Below are positions 1 through 13,750 of a stretch of DNA of 64,000 bases, piece by piece. The notes under the pieces are model-generated. The model had not been told where the DNA came from and did no database searches. It saw nothing but the letters and a program-made list of their open reading frames with translations. Position 1 is the stretch's first letter. Each line of letters begins with the position of its first letter. Origin of the DNA: Ylistrum balloti (taxonomy: Eukaryota). The stretch is from assembly GCF_031769215.1 (NCBI RefSeq), contig NW_026781958.1, positions 1,798,001-1,862,000 of the forward strand. Direction: 5' to 3'. The position numbers and the translations under genes were made by a program.

Positions 1-2606
1 ACAAACAAAAAATGTGTAGTGTTTTACATTTGTCATCAATCATTATTAAATCTTCACATTGTTATTCGAGGGAAACACATAGCTAGCCTTCATAATTTGT
101 TTGTTTAGTAGTAAGCATTCTGTGAATGTTTTTAAGTGTAATATCTGTAAAGTATATATTTATAGCAAAGGAGATGCAGAATTTTGATTACTACCATCAG
201 TTACTGTCAATGTACAAATGTGTTGGGCCTGAAAACAATCCCAAAACACACCATTAGGCATGTTGAATGTATCTTTTTTATACACATAGTATTTCAATCT
301 ATTTCAATCAAACTATTTGTTTACAATCATCTTTATTCGTAAACTTGATCGAGAGAGTTGGGGCAGGATTTTGTAAAAATGAGACATTTGCAAGGACATG
401 TCAGAATTTAAAGAGAAAAAACTTTCCTAGGAAATTTTGAATAAAAAGTGAATGTATATATTTGTCTGATAGAGTCCATTGGGAATAGGTTTTTCAGTCC
501 ACTGAGATCCTGTTGATAAACATGTACCAGATGATGTGCAATATTATCGCTTGTTTGGTAAAACCAGAATTTTTACTTTTTTCTTTTCCATTTTTATTTA
601 GCTTTTGATTTATTTATTACCATAATCAAATTGTTTTTCTTGCCATAACATGTATTGTATCAGTCAATACAATCAAGGTTTGTTTTCTTATTATTTATAT
701 TGTATAGGACATTAATTGGGGTTTGAGTATGTAGTGTCAAGATATTTTTCTGTTTTGAATAGTTAAGAGACTAGGAAACTGGTTTGCTTTACATGTACTA
801 CACATTTAGGGCCCTATTTATATAAGCTGTTTAAATTTGGTGTATACGCACACACAAGATATTGACTGTATCTTATCATATTTAAGTGGTCTTAGGACTC
901 CCAGATTCGCTAGGTAAGATTGATCTGTGATAACAATTTACACAAAATACTGTAGTTAGGATTGGAGATGTCGGTATGGCTTAGAAAACTGAATTTATGT
1001 TGTAAATGATTATCAAAGAAATAGAACAATACAATCTGAACGTTTCTAAAATGATTGAAGATATGAGAGAATTTGAAATGTTTTAATCTCAATTCATGAT
1101 TAGCATATCTAAGGTTTACCTGATTCAGCAGTTTCTGTGAGACATACTGACAAAAATTGTATTTTTGTGGAATATAAATTTGATAGCTTTTCAAAAATTC
1201 TTACTTTTTGGTCACTTGTTTTTATAAATAAATGATACTTATGTGAAATTCACTTAAGATAAAACAAGTCATGAAATTCAAACAAATGCTGATGTTTTAT
1301 TTTAGCAGTTCATATATATAACATATGAATCCCTTGAGAAAGAGTGGATTAAAATGAAAATAAATCACCCACAAGGAATTGATAATTTTACAGTATGACT
1401 GACTATTGTATTAGTCACGGATAGGAAACTGGTTCTACAAGTGATATGTTTTAAACAGTGATCAAATTACCTTTTGAAAAGAATGCATAAAAGGCAGCTA
1501 GCAGTAGTGAATGTTACCTGTGTAGAGTACTGTGAAGCAAAATATTGTGTGTACCTGTAATGTAAGAAAAGTTCTTTGTGGCTTTTGGGTAGAACATAAT
1601 ATACTATTTATAGTAACATATCAATTGGTCATGATTCAAACAGTTCAAGCCAGTAAATCTCATAAAGATATATTTCAATGAATGCTTCCAAGTGCCATTT
1701 CATGTTTCAGTTCAGCATAACAAGAGCAAACATTTGTTTTCTGATCAAGTACGCCTCTAAACATCTGAAGTCTGGTTAGCTTTATGTGTAATTTTGTTTT
1801 ATTTATTTCCTTTTTTTTATTTTATTTTTATTTGTTCAAGCTTGCATGCCTTTCGATTAAAAGTGTCAGAATTTCTACATTCAACCAAGAATATATTGAA
1901 TAATTTAAGAATTCGTACAGGTTTGACTATATGACTGAGACTCATGAAGCCTGCCATGCTTTGTATAGAAATACATAGCAGATTCAATTGTGTTCTACAC
2001 AATAGAGTTCTGTTTAAAAGTTACAAATGTGTGAACATTGCTGTACAAAAAGTTAGATATTGAAACAAATTGACTTTGAATTTGAAATCAATTTTTATTA
2101 TGTAATCTAATCATTCCAGCAAGAATGCAAATCCTAATTGTGTTAATGAATGTGCCCATGATGGGATGTTTCAGATAAAACTTCCAACAGACTTAGTAAT
2201 GAGATTTTGTTTCTGGTGTAAAGGCAAATCATTCCAATGTAATGCGTGATCACATGAGATATCTGTATTGTAAAAAGGAATTATTTACAAGTGCACTTGA
2301 GCTGTATTTTACCCAAACATTTTGTTGTAGAGTAGTAGTTTATAAAAACAGGGTCCTCATATAGATGGATGAAAAATTTTTACAACGTATATTTCATTTT
2401 AAGAATCATCTTTGAATTAAAATTTCACAATTCATCTTTCATTAATTTTTTTCTTACATATATTATTATATTAATATTCAATAAAACAAGTTAAACTATC
2501 AAAATCGTTTTTATTTGTTTTGTTTAAAAACTATCTTTATATACATATACACAAACCATAGGTATTTATACAAGTGCCTCTGTTTAGTTTCATTGGTGCC
2601 TGTGTT

Positions 2607-3722
2607 GGACCTACAATGGCCCTGTTTACCAGGGACATTTACTTTCTTACCTGTTGTCAGTTACATCCCCTACAGTGGGCCTGTTACCAGGGACATGACC
2701 TTCCTTACATGTTGTCAGTTACATCCCCTACAGTGGGCCTGTTACCAGGGACATGACCTTCCTTACATGTTGTCAGTTACATCCCCTACAGTGGGCCTGT
2801 TACCAGGGACATGACCTTCCTTACATGTTGTCAGTTACATCCCCTACAGTGGCCTTGTTACCAGGGACATGACCTTCCTTACATGTTGTCAGTTACATCC
2901 CCTACAGTGGGCCTGTTACCAGGGACATGACCTTCCTTACCTGTTGTTAGTTACATCCCCTACAGTGCCCCTGTTACCACGGATGCAGCCTTTCTTTCTT
3001 GTTGTCAGTTACATCCCCTACAGTGGTCCTGTTACTAGGGACGCAGCCTTTCTTTCTTGTTGTCAGTTACATCCCCTACAGTGGTCCTGTTAACAGGAAC
3101 TCAGCCTTTCTTACCTGTTGTCAGTTACATCCCCTACAGTGGCCCTGTTATCAGGGACGCAGCCTTTCTTTCTTGTTGTCAGTTACATCCCCTACAGTGG
3201 TCCTGTTACCAGGAACGCAGCCTTTCTTACCTGTTGTCAGTTACATCCCCTACAGTGGCCCTGTTACCAGGGACGCAGCCTTTCTTTCTTGTTGTCAGTT
3301 ACATCCCCTACAGTGGTCCTGTTACCAGGAACGCAGCCTTTCTTTCCTGTTGTCAGTTACATCCCCTACAGTTGCCCTGTTACCAGGGACACAGCCTTTC
3401 TTTCTTGTTGTCAGTTACATCCCCTACGGTGGGTCTGTTACCATGGACATGGCCTTTCTTACCTGTTGTCAGTTACATCCCCTACAGTTGCCCTGTTACC
3501 AGGGACGCAGCCTTTCTTTCTTGTTGTCAGTTACATCCCCTACTGTGGTCCTGTTACCAGGAACACAGCCTTTCTTTCTTGTTGTCAGTTACATCCCCTA
3601 CAGTGACCTTGTTACCAGGGATGTGGCCGTCCTTACCTGTTGTCAGTTACATCCCTTACAGTGGGTCTGTTACTTGGAATACGGTCTTCAATACCTGTTG
3701 GCAGACACATCCCTTGCAGTAG
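2607..3722. repeat. 58-bp tandem repeat array (~19 copies)
   Basis: Unit TGTTGTCAGTTACATCCCCTACAGTGGGCCTGTTACCAGGGACATGACCTTCCTTACA; successive copies at 2652 and 2710. Confidence 0.95.
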
Positions 3723-3754
3723 CCTAGAAATGACCAAAAGGGTATCTAAAGACT

Positions 3755-5253
3755 AAATGACCTGACCATAAACAGGGTTTCTGAAGGATAAATAACGTGA
3801 CGATAAACAGGGTATCTGGAGGATAAATGACCTGACGATAAACAGGGTATCTGGAGGATAAATGACCTCACGATAAACAGGGTATCTGGAGGATAAATGA
3901 CCTGACGATAAACAGGGTTTCTGGAGGATAAATGATCTGACGATAAACAGGGTTTCTGGAGAGTTAATGGACTGAGAATAAACAGGGTTTCTGATGGAAA
4001 AATGACCTGACGATAAACAGGGTATCTGGAGAGTTCATGGACTGACAATAAACAGTTTATCTGGAGGATAAATGACCTGGCGATAAACAGGGTATCTTGG
4101 GGATAAATGACCTGACGATAAACAGGGTTTCTGAAGGATGATTGACCTGACGATAAACAGGTTATCTAGAGGATAAATGACCTGGCGATAAACAGGGTTT
4201 CTGGAGGATAAATGACCTGACGATAAACAGGGTATCTGGAGGATAAATGACCTGACGATAAACAGGGTATCTGGAGGATAAATGACCTCACGATAAACAG
4301 GGTATCTGGAGGATAAATGACCTCACGATAAACAGAGTATCTGGAGGATAAATGACGTGACGATAAACAAGGTATCTGGAGGATAAATGACCAGACGATA
4401 AACAGGTTATCTAGAGGATAAATGACCTGACGATAAACAGGGTTTCTGGAGGATAAATGACCTGACGATAAACAGGGTTTCTGGAGGAAAAATGACCTGA
4501 CGATAAACAGGGTATCTGGAGGATAAATGACCTGACGATAAACAGGGTATCTGGAGAGTTCATGGACTGACAATAAACAGTTTATCTGGAGGATAAATGA
4601 CCTGGCGATAAACAGGGTATCTTGGGGATAAATGACCTGACGATTAACAGGGTTTCTGAAGGATGATTGACCTGACGATAAACAGGGTATCTTGGTGATA
4701 AATGACCTGTCGATAAACAGAGTATCTAGAGGATAAATGACCTGACGATAAACAGGGTTTCTGGAGGATAAATGACCTGACGATAAACAGGTTATCTAGA
4801 GGATAAATGACCTGACGATAAACAGGGTTTCTGGAGGATAAATGACCTGACGATAAACAGAGTATCTGGAGGATAAATGACCTGACGATAAACAGGGTTT
4901 CTGGAGGATAAATAACGTGACGATAAACAGTTTATCTGGAGGATAAATGACCTGGCGATAAACAGGGTTTCTGGAGGATAAATGACCTGGCGATAAACAG
5001 GGTATCTTGGGGATAAATAACCTGACGATAAACAGAGTATCTAGAGAGTTCATGGACTGACAATAAACAGTTTATCTGGATGATAAATGACCTGGCGATA
5101 AACAGTTTATCTAAACAGAGTATCTAGGATGACTGACAATAAACAGTTTATCTGGATGATAAATGACCTGGCGATAAACAGGGTATCTTGGGGATAAATG
5201 ACCTGACGATAAACAGAGTATCTAGAGAGTTCATGGACTGACAATAAACAGGT
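3755..5253. repeat. 35-bp tandem repeat array (~43 copies)
   Basis: Unit CTGGAGGATAAATGACCTGACGATAAACAGGGTAT. A variant unit containing GAGTTCATGG occurs at 4031, 4556, 5046 and 5227. Confidence 0.95.
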
Positions 5254-6574
5254 TTTACGATTACATAATATTTGTAGGGTATCTCTTTAACAGGTTCCAC
5301 CAGCACACAACAACTGGACCAGATCGTGATCACTGCAGTCAATTTGACGCATTGCGTGTATCGCAGACATTTTACACGTTCATGTCTATTTTTTATTGAA
5401 ATTTGCAACACGCGATCGTCATTAAACGAGTTAATTCGTTCACACGTTTGTATACTGACACTACCGTTCATTCACCCTCTTCCCTACTTTTACAAATTAT
5501 ATATTTTGTGACTTCTGCTAATTGTTCCCCTCGTAACGGGTTTGCGAAGATATTAAATTGGGCTAGATGCGCGATCTGTGCGTTCGTTCGTGTCGGTCCG
5601 CAGCTCCAAACTGTTGAAGTAACAAACCGCCACCTTGTACGTACGTAGATTTTACCAATAGGGATATTAAGTTTGAATATCGATTTCTGGTTCCATAGAA
5701 ACTAAGTCAAATATACATATTTCATTGTTATGAATTCTATACCAAATGTATGTATCTCTGTGTTTGCTGTCAAGCAGTAAGGTCACCATGTTCACTGAGA
5801 CCTGAGACATGTTACCAGTTTAGTAAAACTTTAGACGAGGAGAAGGAGGACAAGAAGATAGTTAAATATACAAATATACACTATAGGTGTGACAAGTTTT
5901 ACTTAATGTTGACCCCTCCTCCCCGTCCCCCACATCCACACCCCAAACCCCAACCCCAACCCCGCCTCCATCCACACACCCACCACGCCCCTTCTCAAAC
6001 GCTTGACAATGTTATTTATTATGAACAATTTGGGACAGGTCGATATACAACAGAAGTTCTCGGATCCATGTGATCTTGTATTGTCGACCATCTCTCAGCC
6101 CCTTGTTAAACACATTTTAGTCCCCAATCTCCACATAAGTTTACCAGCATACACTCGGCACGAACTAGGAGTAGCCGATACGGTTTACTTTGTCTACTAG
6201 CAAACTCGACCAGAAAATCTATAATCACAGTATATTTCTTTAATAAATCACAATGCCGTATCCAGGATTTTTTACAGAGAGAGAGAGAAAGAGAAAAAAA
6301 TGTAAATGTAAGAATGTACGGTTGGGGATATTTATGCATTTCAGAAAATCTGATACGGTACTGTGTTAAATTAAGAATGTACACGTTTTTAACTGTTGAT
6401 TTCATCGAGCTTATCAGCTTATACACATAGTATTTAGCATAGCATGTGACTATACTCCAAGCTGATCAAATGTATCTTCACTTTATATCATAAACTTTCT
6501 GCTCAATAATGCTACAAGGAGCGAACGATTTCAAAGTTTTGTAGCTGGTTTGGTGTTATTTGTGCAATTTGGTG

Positions 6575-7772
6575 TCCGAGTTTGGTGTATATTGTGGTGA
6601 GTTTGGTGTATATTGTGGTGAGTTTGGTGGAAGTTGTGGTGAATTTGCTGTATTTTGTGGCGAGGTTTGTGTATATTGTGGCGAGTTTGCTGTTTTTTCT
6701 GTGAGTTTGATTATATTGTGGCGAGTTTGCTATACTTTGTCCGAATATGCTGTATTTTGTGGCGAGTTTGGTGGAAATTGAGGCGAGTTTGGTGCATTTT
6801 GGGGCGTGTTTGGTGTGTTATGTGGCGAGTTTGGTGTATTATGTTGCGAGTTTGCTGTATTTTATGTGAGTTTGATGTATTTTGTGGCGTGTTTGCTGTA
6901 TTTTGTAGCGTGTTTGCTGTATTTTGTGGCGATTTTGCTCTTTTTTGTGCGAGTTTGCTGCGAGTTTGCTGTATTTTGTGGCAAGTTTGCTGTATTTTGT
7001 GGCGAGTATGCTGTATTTCATCCGAATTTGCTGTATTTTGTGGCGAGTTTGCTGTATTTTTGGCGAGTATGCTGTATTTTGTGGCGAGTATGCTGTATTT
7101 TATCCGAGTTTGCTGTATATTGTTGCGAGTTTGCTGTATTTTGTGGCGAGTTTGCTGTATATTGTTGCGAGTTTGCTGTATTTTGTGGCGAGTTTGCTGT
7201 ATTTTGTGGCGAGTATGCTGTATTTCATCCGAGTTTGTTGTATTTTGTGGCGAGTTTGCTGTATTTTGTGGCGAGTATGCTGTATTTTATCCGAGTTTGC
7301 TGTATATTGTTGCGAGTTTGCTGTATATTGTTGCGAGTTTGTGTATTTTGTGGCGAGTATGCTGTATTTTGTAGCGAGTTTGCGTATTTTGTGGCGAGTC
7401 TGCTGTATTTTGTGGCAAGTTTGCTGTATTTTGTGCGAGTTTGTTGTATTTTGTGGCGAGTTTGCTGTATTTTGTGCGAGTTTGTGTATTTTGTGGCGAG
7501 TTTGTGTATTTTGTGCGAGTTTGTGTATTTTGTGGTGAGTTTGCTGTATTTTGTGCGAGTTTGTTGTATTTTGTGGCGAGTTTGCTGTATTTTGTGGCAA
7601 GTTTGCTGTATTTTGTGGTGAGTTTGCTGTATTTTGAGACGAGTTTGGTGTATTATGTGCGAGTTTGTGTATTTTGTTGCGAGTTTGGTGTATTATGTGC
7701 GAGTTTGTGTATTTTGTTGCGAGTTTGGTGTATTATGTGGCGTATTTGCTGTATTTTGTGTTGAGTTTGGTG
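6575..7772. repeat. ~21-bp GT-rich tandem repeat array
   Basis: Unit GCGAGTTTGCTGTATTTTGTG, with 19-21 bp variants. Confidence 0.95.
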
Positions 7773-9447
7773 AATATTATGGCTAATTTAGTGTATGTTT
7801 TTCACGATACTTTTTAAAATTCGTAGTTGATATCATTGTTAAGGCTCTATTCTTTTATTTCAATGGAACTTCATTGTGCCTCTCATTACCTACGTTGTCC
7901 CACAAATCTATTTTTTATAAAACTAGGTATTTTATAATGGAAGCACAGAGATTCATGAATAAACGTTAAAAACGTCCGTGAAAGTGGACATTTAATACGG
8001 AAACTGAACAAAACAGATTTTCGTGTAGACAATCTTGGCTTGCGCGTGCAATTATATCGTTGGCAAACGCGACATAATTTAATAAAATAAAACAGACGTG
8101 AAGCTACAATTTTAAAGATAGAAAGACAGAAATTCATTTAATGTTTGTATCCGTTTCGTTCTTGGTTTAAGACTAGCGTAACCTATCACCATGGCTTCAA
8201 AGTCCCGATAGTGCCATCAAAACCATTTCGCCAAGTTCAACCGCTTAACTAAAACAGGATACGAAAAAAATCGATAACCTCTATCATGGTGAGGTCTTAA
8301 TGCTGTTGGATTTACCAGCAATCGTGCGTGTAAACGTTTTCATCGCAATTCCTTCATTATCCTTATTTCATCTTTTGTGATTTTTTATGCATTAACATTT
8401 GAATTGCGAAAATAATTTTTTTTATTCTCGAATAGGGATCTCTTCACTTTAAACCAGAAAATCAATATTCTTGTCACACATCTGCAGTGCTACGAAGCTA
8501 CATCTCCAAAACGAATGATCGGAGATACATTTGCACTGAAAAAAACCTTTGCCTTCTTTGTGCTGTTGTTGTCAGTGTTTAAAAGTCTTGTCTAACAAAG
8601 GCATAGGCAGATATAAAAAAAATATCTTCAAATTCTAGCGGTTCGACGTCCCTTGCCCGTCCACTTGCCCGCTAATCAACTGGTACGCCATCTACACTGA
8701 AACCTGTCTATTCCGACACCTATGGAAAACAGAATGTCAGGGTAGACAGACTTTCTTCTCTGTGTTAGGGATTTCTGGTATTTTAGGTTTGATAGGAAAA
8801 TGGCTACCAGACAGTGTATACGTGAGAATGGTACAATGCTATACATATCCTTCGAATTGAATAATAATTTTCCAGTCCCTCCCAATATTTAAAGTAGTTT
8901 GTTTCCTGTCATAGCTGCCTGGAAAACGTAAAATTACTCCCAATTTTCATTAGTCTTACGACCCATCAAAATTCGATGCAGACGTTTTTTCAACAGGTCG
9001 TGGACATTTATGAATTTTTGGATTAAGAATTCCCACGAAACCGATGAAAATAAACCCTTTTTGAAAATTAATAACTTTGCTTTACACATTGTAAATGCGT
9101 GTTTTAAAATGCTAATGGGGGCTGGGGGGGGGGGGGGCGCATATTGTGAGATCTACCAGTAAGATATGTGTAGTCCTAGTTTTTCTGACGTTCTGTCAGT
9201 TTGGTTTCACATCGGTCCGGAGTTCAGGCTATTGTTTAGTATACTGGCGCCACAAGAACCTGACTCGAGTTTTGTTACACGACAGTGTAATCAAGTATCA
9301 TATCCCTGTGCGCATGCTCAGTAAAAACTGTATTCATACATTTTTTAGTGTATAGCTGGAATCCTTTATATCATAAATAAACTTTGGCCAGTTAGTGGTT
9401 ATATTTCATTTTCCGATTTCTCGACTGCAAATATAATAGCAACTAAC

Positions 9448-9518
9448 CAGAAGGAAAGTATATTGTGACAAGAGCCTGTGTCATCTATGTACAGTAGTTT
9501 CAGATTCGTGTCGGCCAT
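9448..9518 (-). CDS. Candidate first coding exon of an unidentified gene (MADTNLKLLYIDDTGSCHNILSF...)
   Basis: The minus strand reads AACAAAATGGCCGAC, a good start context overlapping a YY1-type motif. It gives 71 coding nt, then CTG|GTTAGT donor, within CpG-richer DNA. No protein family recognised. Confidence 0.25.
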
Positions 9519-10687
9519 TTTGTTTAACACAGGTCAGAATTAGATCATCACAATTACATGTGATTTGTTATCTCCAGATCGAAGTCGGAACGGATATTAT
9601 AATTACGTTCACTGATACGACATAAACCTGTTGCATAATTATCAACGAAAGATCATATTTCGGAAATAGGACACGCGGCAAGCGAGTACACGTATGGAAC
9701 CGAAACTGTCGATATCCGCCCTCGTTTGTTCAAGTTATAATGTTTCTTATTTGGGACAAAGTACTGTTAACGGCGTTATTTTCAAACGGGAAAATTTGTG
9801 GAGACTCATATATAAATGTACAGTGACGACCGTTGTCCATTTCAAGACTTCCATGAGAAAGAAAAGTAACTTAGTTTTTTTCGTAGAACCGTGGAAAACT
9901 TATTTTTTTATTATTATTAACTTTACAGTGTCAGCTAGTTTTGCTGAGACAAGTTGTAATTTCCAGACATTAAGAGGTGTGAAAGTGCAGTTCATCCGAG
10001 GCGCGTGGACCAGCGCAAAAGGGCTCCTTTCATCTCCTTAAAAATATGGAGATGGAGGTTATAATACAAATTACTTATTTGGCCAAGAAATACATTTCTT
10101 TTATTGCGAGCTTGTAGCAAAACAGAAAGAAATCTTTTTTATTTGAGTTTTAAAGCTATTAGCACCTGTATAACATAAATTGTTGGTGGTAAGTACGGGT
10201 AGTGTTTCATCTTCGTCTACAAGCGGCCATTGTTTACATTAGTGGACGAATGCCAAAAGTAACAACAGTGTTCGTTGAAATCTATTTAATCTCTCAGCGA
10301 GTAACTTGTTGTAATTGTGGAGTTTGGACGGTTTTCCTCGGGGGAATAATCCCATCATCAAATGTCTGGTTAATTTGACCTGAATGATATAAAAAGTCGT
10401 CCCAGGTATATTGATTTATTTTCCCACAGAAAAAGATAGCTCTTTATTGCAGACATTTCTCAACTTCACTCTGCCCCAACCTAACATTAAATGTTTACTT
10501 TGCATATTTCAAACGACCCTGAATAATTCGGTAAGTTGAAATAAACTATCCAGGTAAATAAACATACTATTATTTTATTTCAGTCTGTCCCATGAATTGT
10601 AACGTATCCAATATTCTCCCTTAACAACCCGAAACATTCCATTATGAAACAACTACGTTATTCGCCCTATATCGGTTAATGTTCCCA

Positions 10688-13140
10688 ACACCCCACACCA
10701 CCGACCTAAGTAACGTGTCCCCGACTTTAATCAACGTGTCCTCGACTTTAATCAAACACCCCACACCATCGACCTAAGTAACGTGTCCCCGACTTTAATC
10801 ACACACCCTACACCACCGACCTAAGTAACGCGTCCCCGACCTTCCTCAAACACCCCACACCACCGACCTAACTAACGTGTCCCCGACCCTCCTCAAACAC
10901 TCTAAACCACCGAACTAAGTAACGTGTCTCCGACCTTCCCCAAACACCCAATCACAAACGACCGAGGTGACTGTCGTCCTCGACCTTCCTCAAACACCCC
11001 ACACCACTGACCTAAGTAACGTGTCCCCGACCCTCCTCAAACATTCCACACCACCGACCTAAGTAACGTGTCCTCGACCTTCCCCAAACACCCAATCACA
11101 ACCGACCGACGTGACTGTCGTCCTCGACCTTCCTCAAACACCCGACACCACCGACCTAAGTAACGTGTCCCCGACCCTCCTCAAACACCCTACACCACCG
11201 GCCTAAGTAACGTGTCCCCGACCCTCCTCAAACACCCCACACAACCGACCTAAGTAACGTCTCCCCGACCCTCATCAAACACTCCACACCACCGACCTAA
11301 GTAACGTGTCCCCGACCCTCAAACACTCCACACCACCGACCTTAGTAACGTGTCCCCGACCCTCCTCAAACACCCCACACCACCGACCTAAGTAACGTGT
11401 CCCCGACCTTCCTCAAACACTCCACACCACCGACCTAAGTAACGTGTCCCCGACCCTTCTCAAACACCCCACACCACTGACCTAAGTAATGTGTCCCCGA
11501 CCTTCCTCAAACACCTCACACCATCGAACTAAGTAACGTGTCCCCGACCCTCCTCAAACACCCAACACCACCGACCTAAGTAACGTGTCCCCGACCCTTC
11601 TCATACACTCCACACCACCGACCTAAGTAACGTGTCCGCGACCCTCCTCAAACACCCAACACCACCGACCTAATTAACGTGTCCCCGACCCTTCTCAAAC
11701 ACTCCACACCACCGACCTAAGTAACGTGTCCCCGACCCTCCTCAAACACCCAACACCACAGACCTAAATAACGTGTCCCCGACCTTCCTCAAACACCCCA
11801 CACCACCGACCTAAGTAACGTGTCCCCGACCCTTCTCATACACTCCACACCACCGACCTAAGTAACGTGTCCGCGATCCTCCTCAAACACCCAACACCAC
11901 CGACCTAATTAACGTGTCCCCGACCCTTCTCAAACACTCCACACCACCGACCTAAGTAACGTGTCCCCGACCCTCCTCAAACACCCAACACCACCGACCT
12001 AAGTAACGTGTCCCCGACCTTCCTCAAACACCCCACACCACCGACCTAAGTAACGTGTCCCCGACCCTCCTCAAACACCCCACACCACCGATCTAAGTAA
12101 CGTGTCCCCGACCTTCCCCAAACACCCAATCACAACCGACCGAGGTGACTGTCGTCCTCAACCTTCCTCAAACACCCGACACCACCGACCTTAGTAAAGT
12201 GTCCCCGACCCTCCTCAAACACCCCACACCACCGACCTAAGTAACGTGTCCCCGACCTTCCTCAAACACTCCACACCACCGACCTAAGTAACGTGTCCCC
12301 GACCCTTCTCAAACACCCCACACCACCGATCTAAGTAACGTGTCCCCGACCTTCCTCAAACACCTCACACCATCGACCTAAGTAACGTGTCCCCGACCCT
12401 CCTCAACACGCCACACCACCGACTTAAGTAACGTGTCCCCGACCTTCCCCAAACACCCAATCACAACCGACCGAGGTGACGTGTCGTCCTCGACCTTCCT
12501 CAAACATCCCACTTCATCTGACTTGGTAAAGTGTCGTCCACGTCCTTCCCCAAACACCCATCTCTACTGACCAGAGTAACATGCCATTTCCGACTTTTCC
12601 CGGATTCACCACTCCAGTGACTTCATTAACGTGTCGCTCTCGACCTCACCTAAAACCCAACTCTTCCTGCCTAAGAATGATGTCGTCTCCGACCTTTCCC
12701 CAAACACCCTACCCCTCGGCATTAGATATGTGTCGTTCGTGACCTACTCCAGGACGTCACTCCACCGCCCCTAGTAACGTGACGTACCCGACCTTCCTCA
12801 AGAACCCATCTACAACGGCCTAATTGATTTGTCGTTCCCGACGTTTCCAAACACCATCGCCATCGGCCCTAATAACCTGCTGTCCCCACCCTCCGCAACA
12901 CCCCTTTCAACTGGCCTTAGTAATGTGCCTTACCCGACCTAATGCAAAGCCCCTCTCAACCGACTGAAGTGATGTGTTGTCCCATATCCATCGGTCTTAA
13001 CGTGTCGTCCCCTCCCTTCTTAAACACGCCACTCCGCCGTCCTTAGTAACGTGTTGCCCCCGACTTTTCCCAACACGCCTTTTCATCGGCAAACAAAATG
13101 TCGTTCACCATACTCCACCGCCCTAGTAACGTGTCGCTCC
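10688..13140. repeat. 47-bp C-rich tandem repeat array with a degenerate right tail
   Basis: Unit CAAACACCCCACACCACCGACCTAAGTAACGTGTCCCCGACCCTCCT (copies at 11344 and 11391). Homogeneous to ~12530, then progressively diverged copies to ~13140. Confidence 0.93.
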
Positions 13141-13750
13141 CTGCAAATACTTTTTTATTTTCATTCCTGCTATTGTTCTAAGTAGTAAGTTAAATGAATA
13201 CTGCGATAGTATACAAAGTGACCTTTCGTTCCGTTGCTAAGCAAACCTCCGCAAACAATAGGCAATGCAGCATAAGCCTTGTCGCAGTGGCCAGATAGAC
13301 TGGACATTTACGTAATTACAATTAATGAGTGTGGATGATAATGACTTGCTGTGTTTCTGACCAGTAATCAGTAAACGTGATCCCCTGGCGACATCGTTTA
13401 GTATTTATGGAAATCTGACGGCGATATCCACCAATTATGTCTCTCCTGGTAATTGTTGTAGTAATTGCACGCATGGAATTTACATGTCTATGTCGATCTG
13501 TATGAGTGGTCAGTATCTCGTGTTACTAAGGACCGGTATATGTATTCTGTATACCAGGTCAATCGATACCCCTTAGACGTTGTGTAGTACTGTACACTGC
13601 GTCGGTACAAACACGTATTTATTTTCATTTAGCACATATTTCGCAGTGTTAGTGATTTCTAGACATATTTAAAGCAACTTTTTAAAATATCATGTTTTAG
13701 AAGTAATTTTGTCCATTTTAATATTTGTGACTTAACATGTTTTTAATTAA

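Noticed and set aside
1120-2262. Possible micro-exons: minus strand 2262-2193, 1554-1518 and 1146-1120 (phase-compatible); plus strand 1306-1392
   Set aside because: Equally plausible candidates exist on both strands, one donor is weak, and no protein was recognised. RNA-seq is needed.
8690-8800. TACACTGAAACCTGTCTATTCCGACACC resembles the left end of a Tc1/mariner-type MITE
   Set aside because: No matching right terminus was found.
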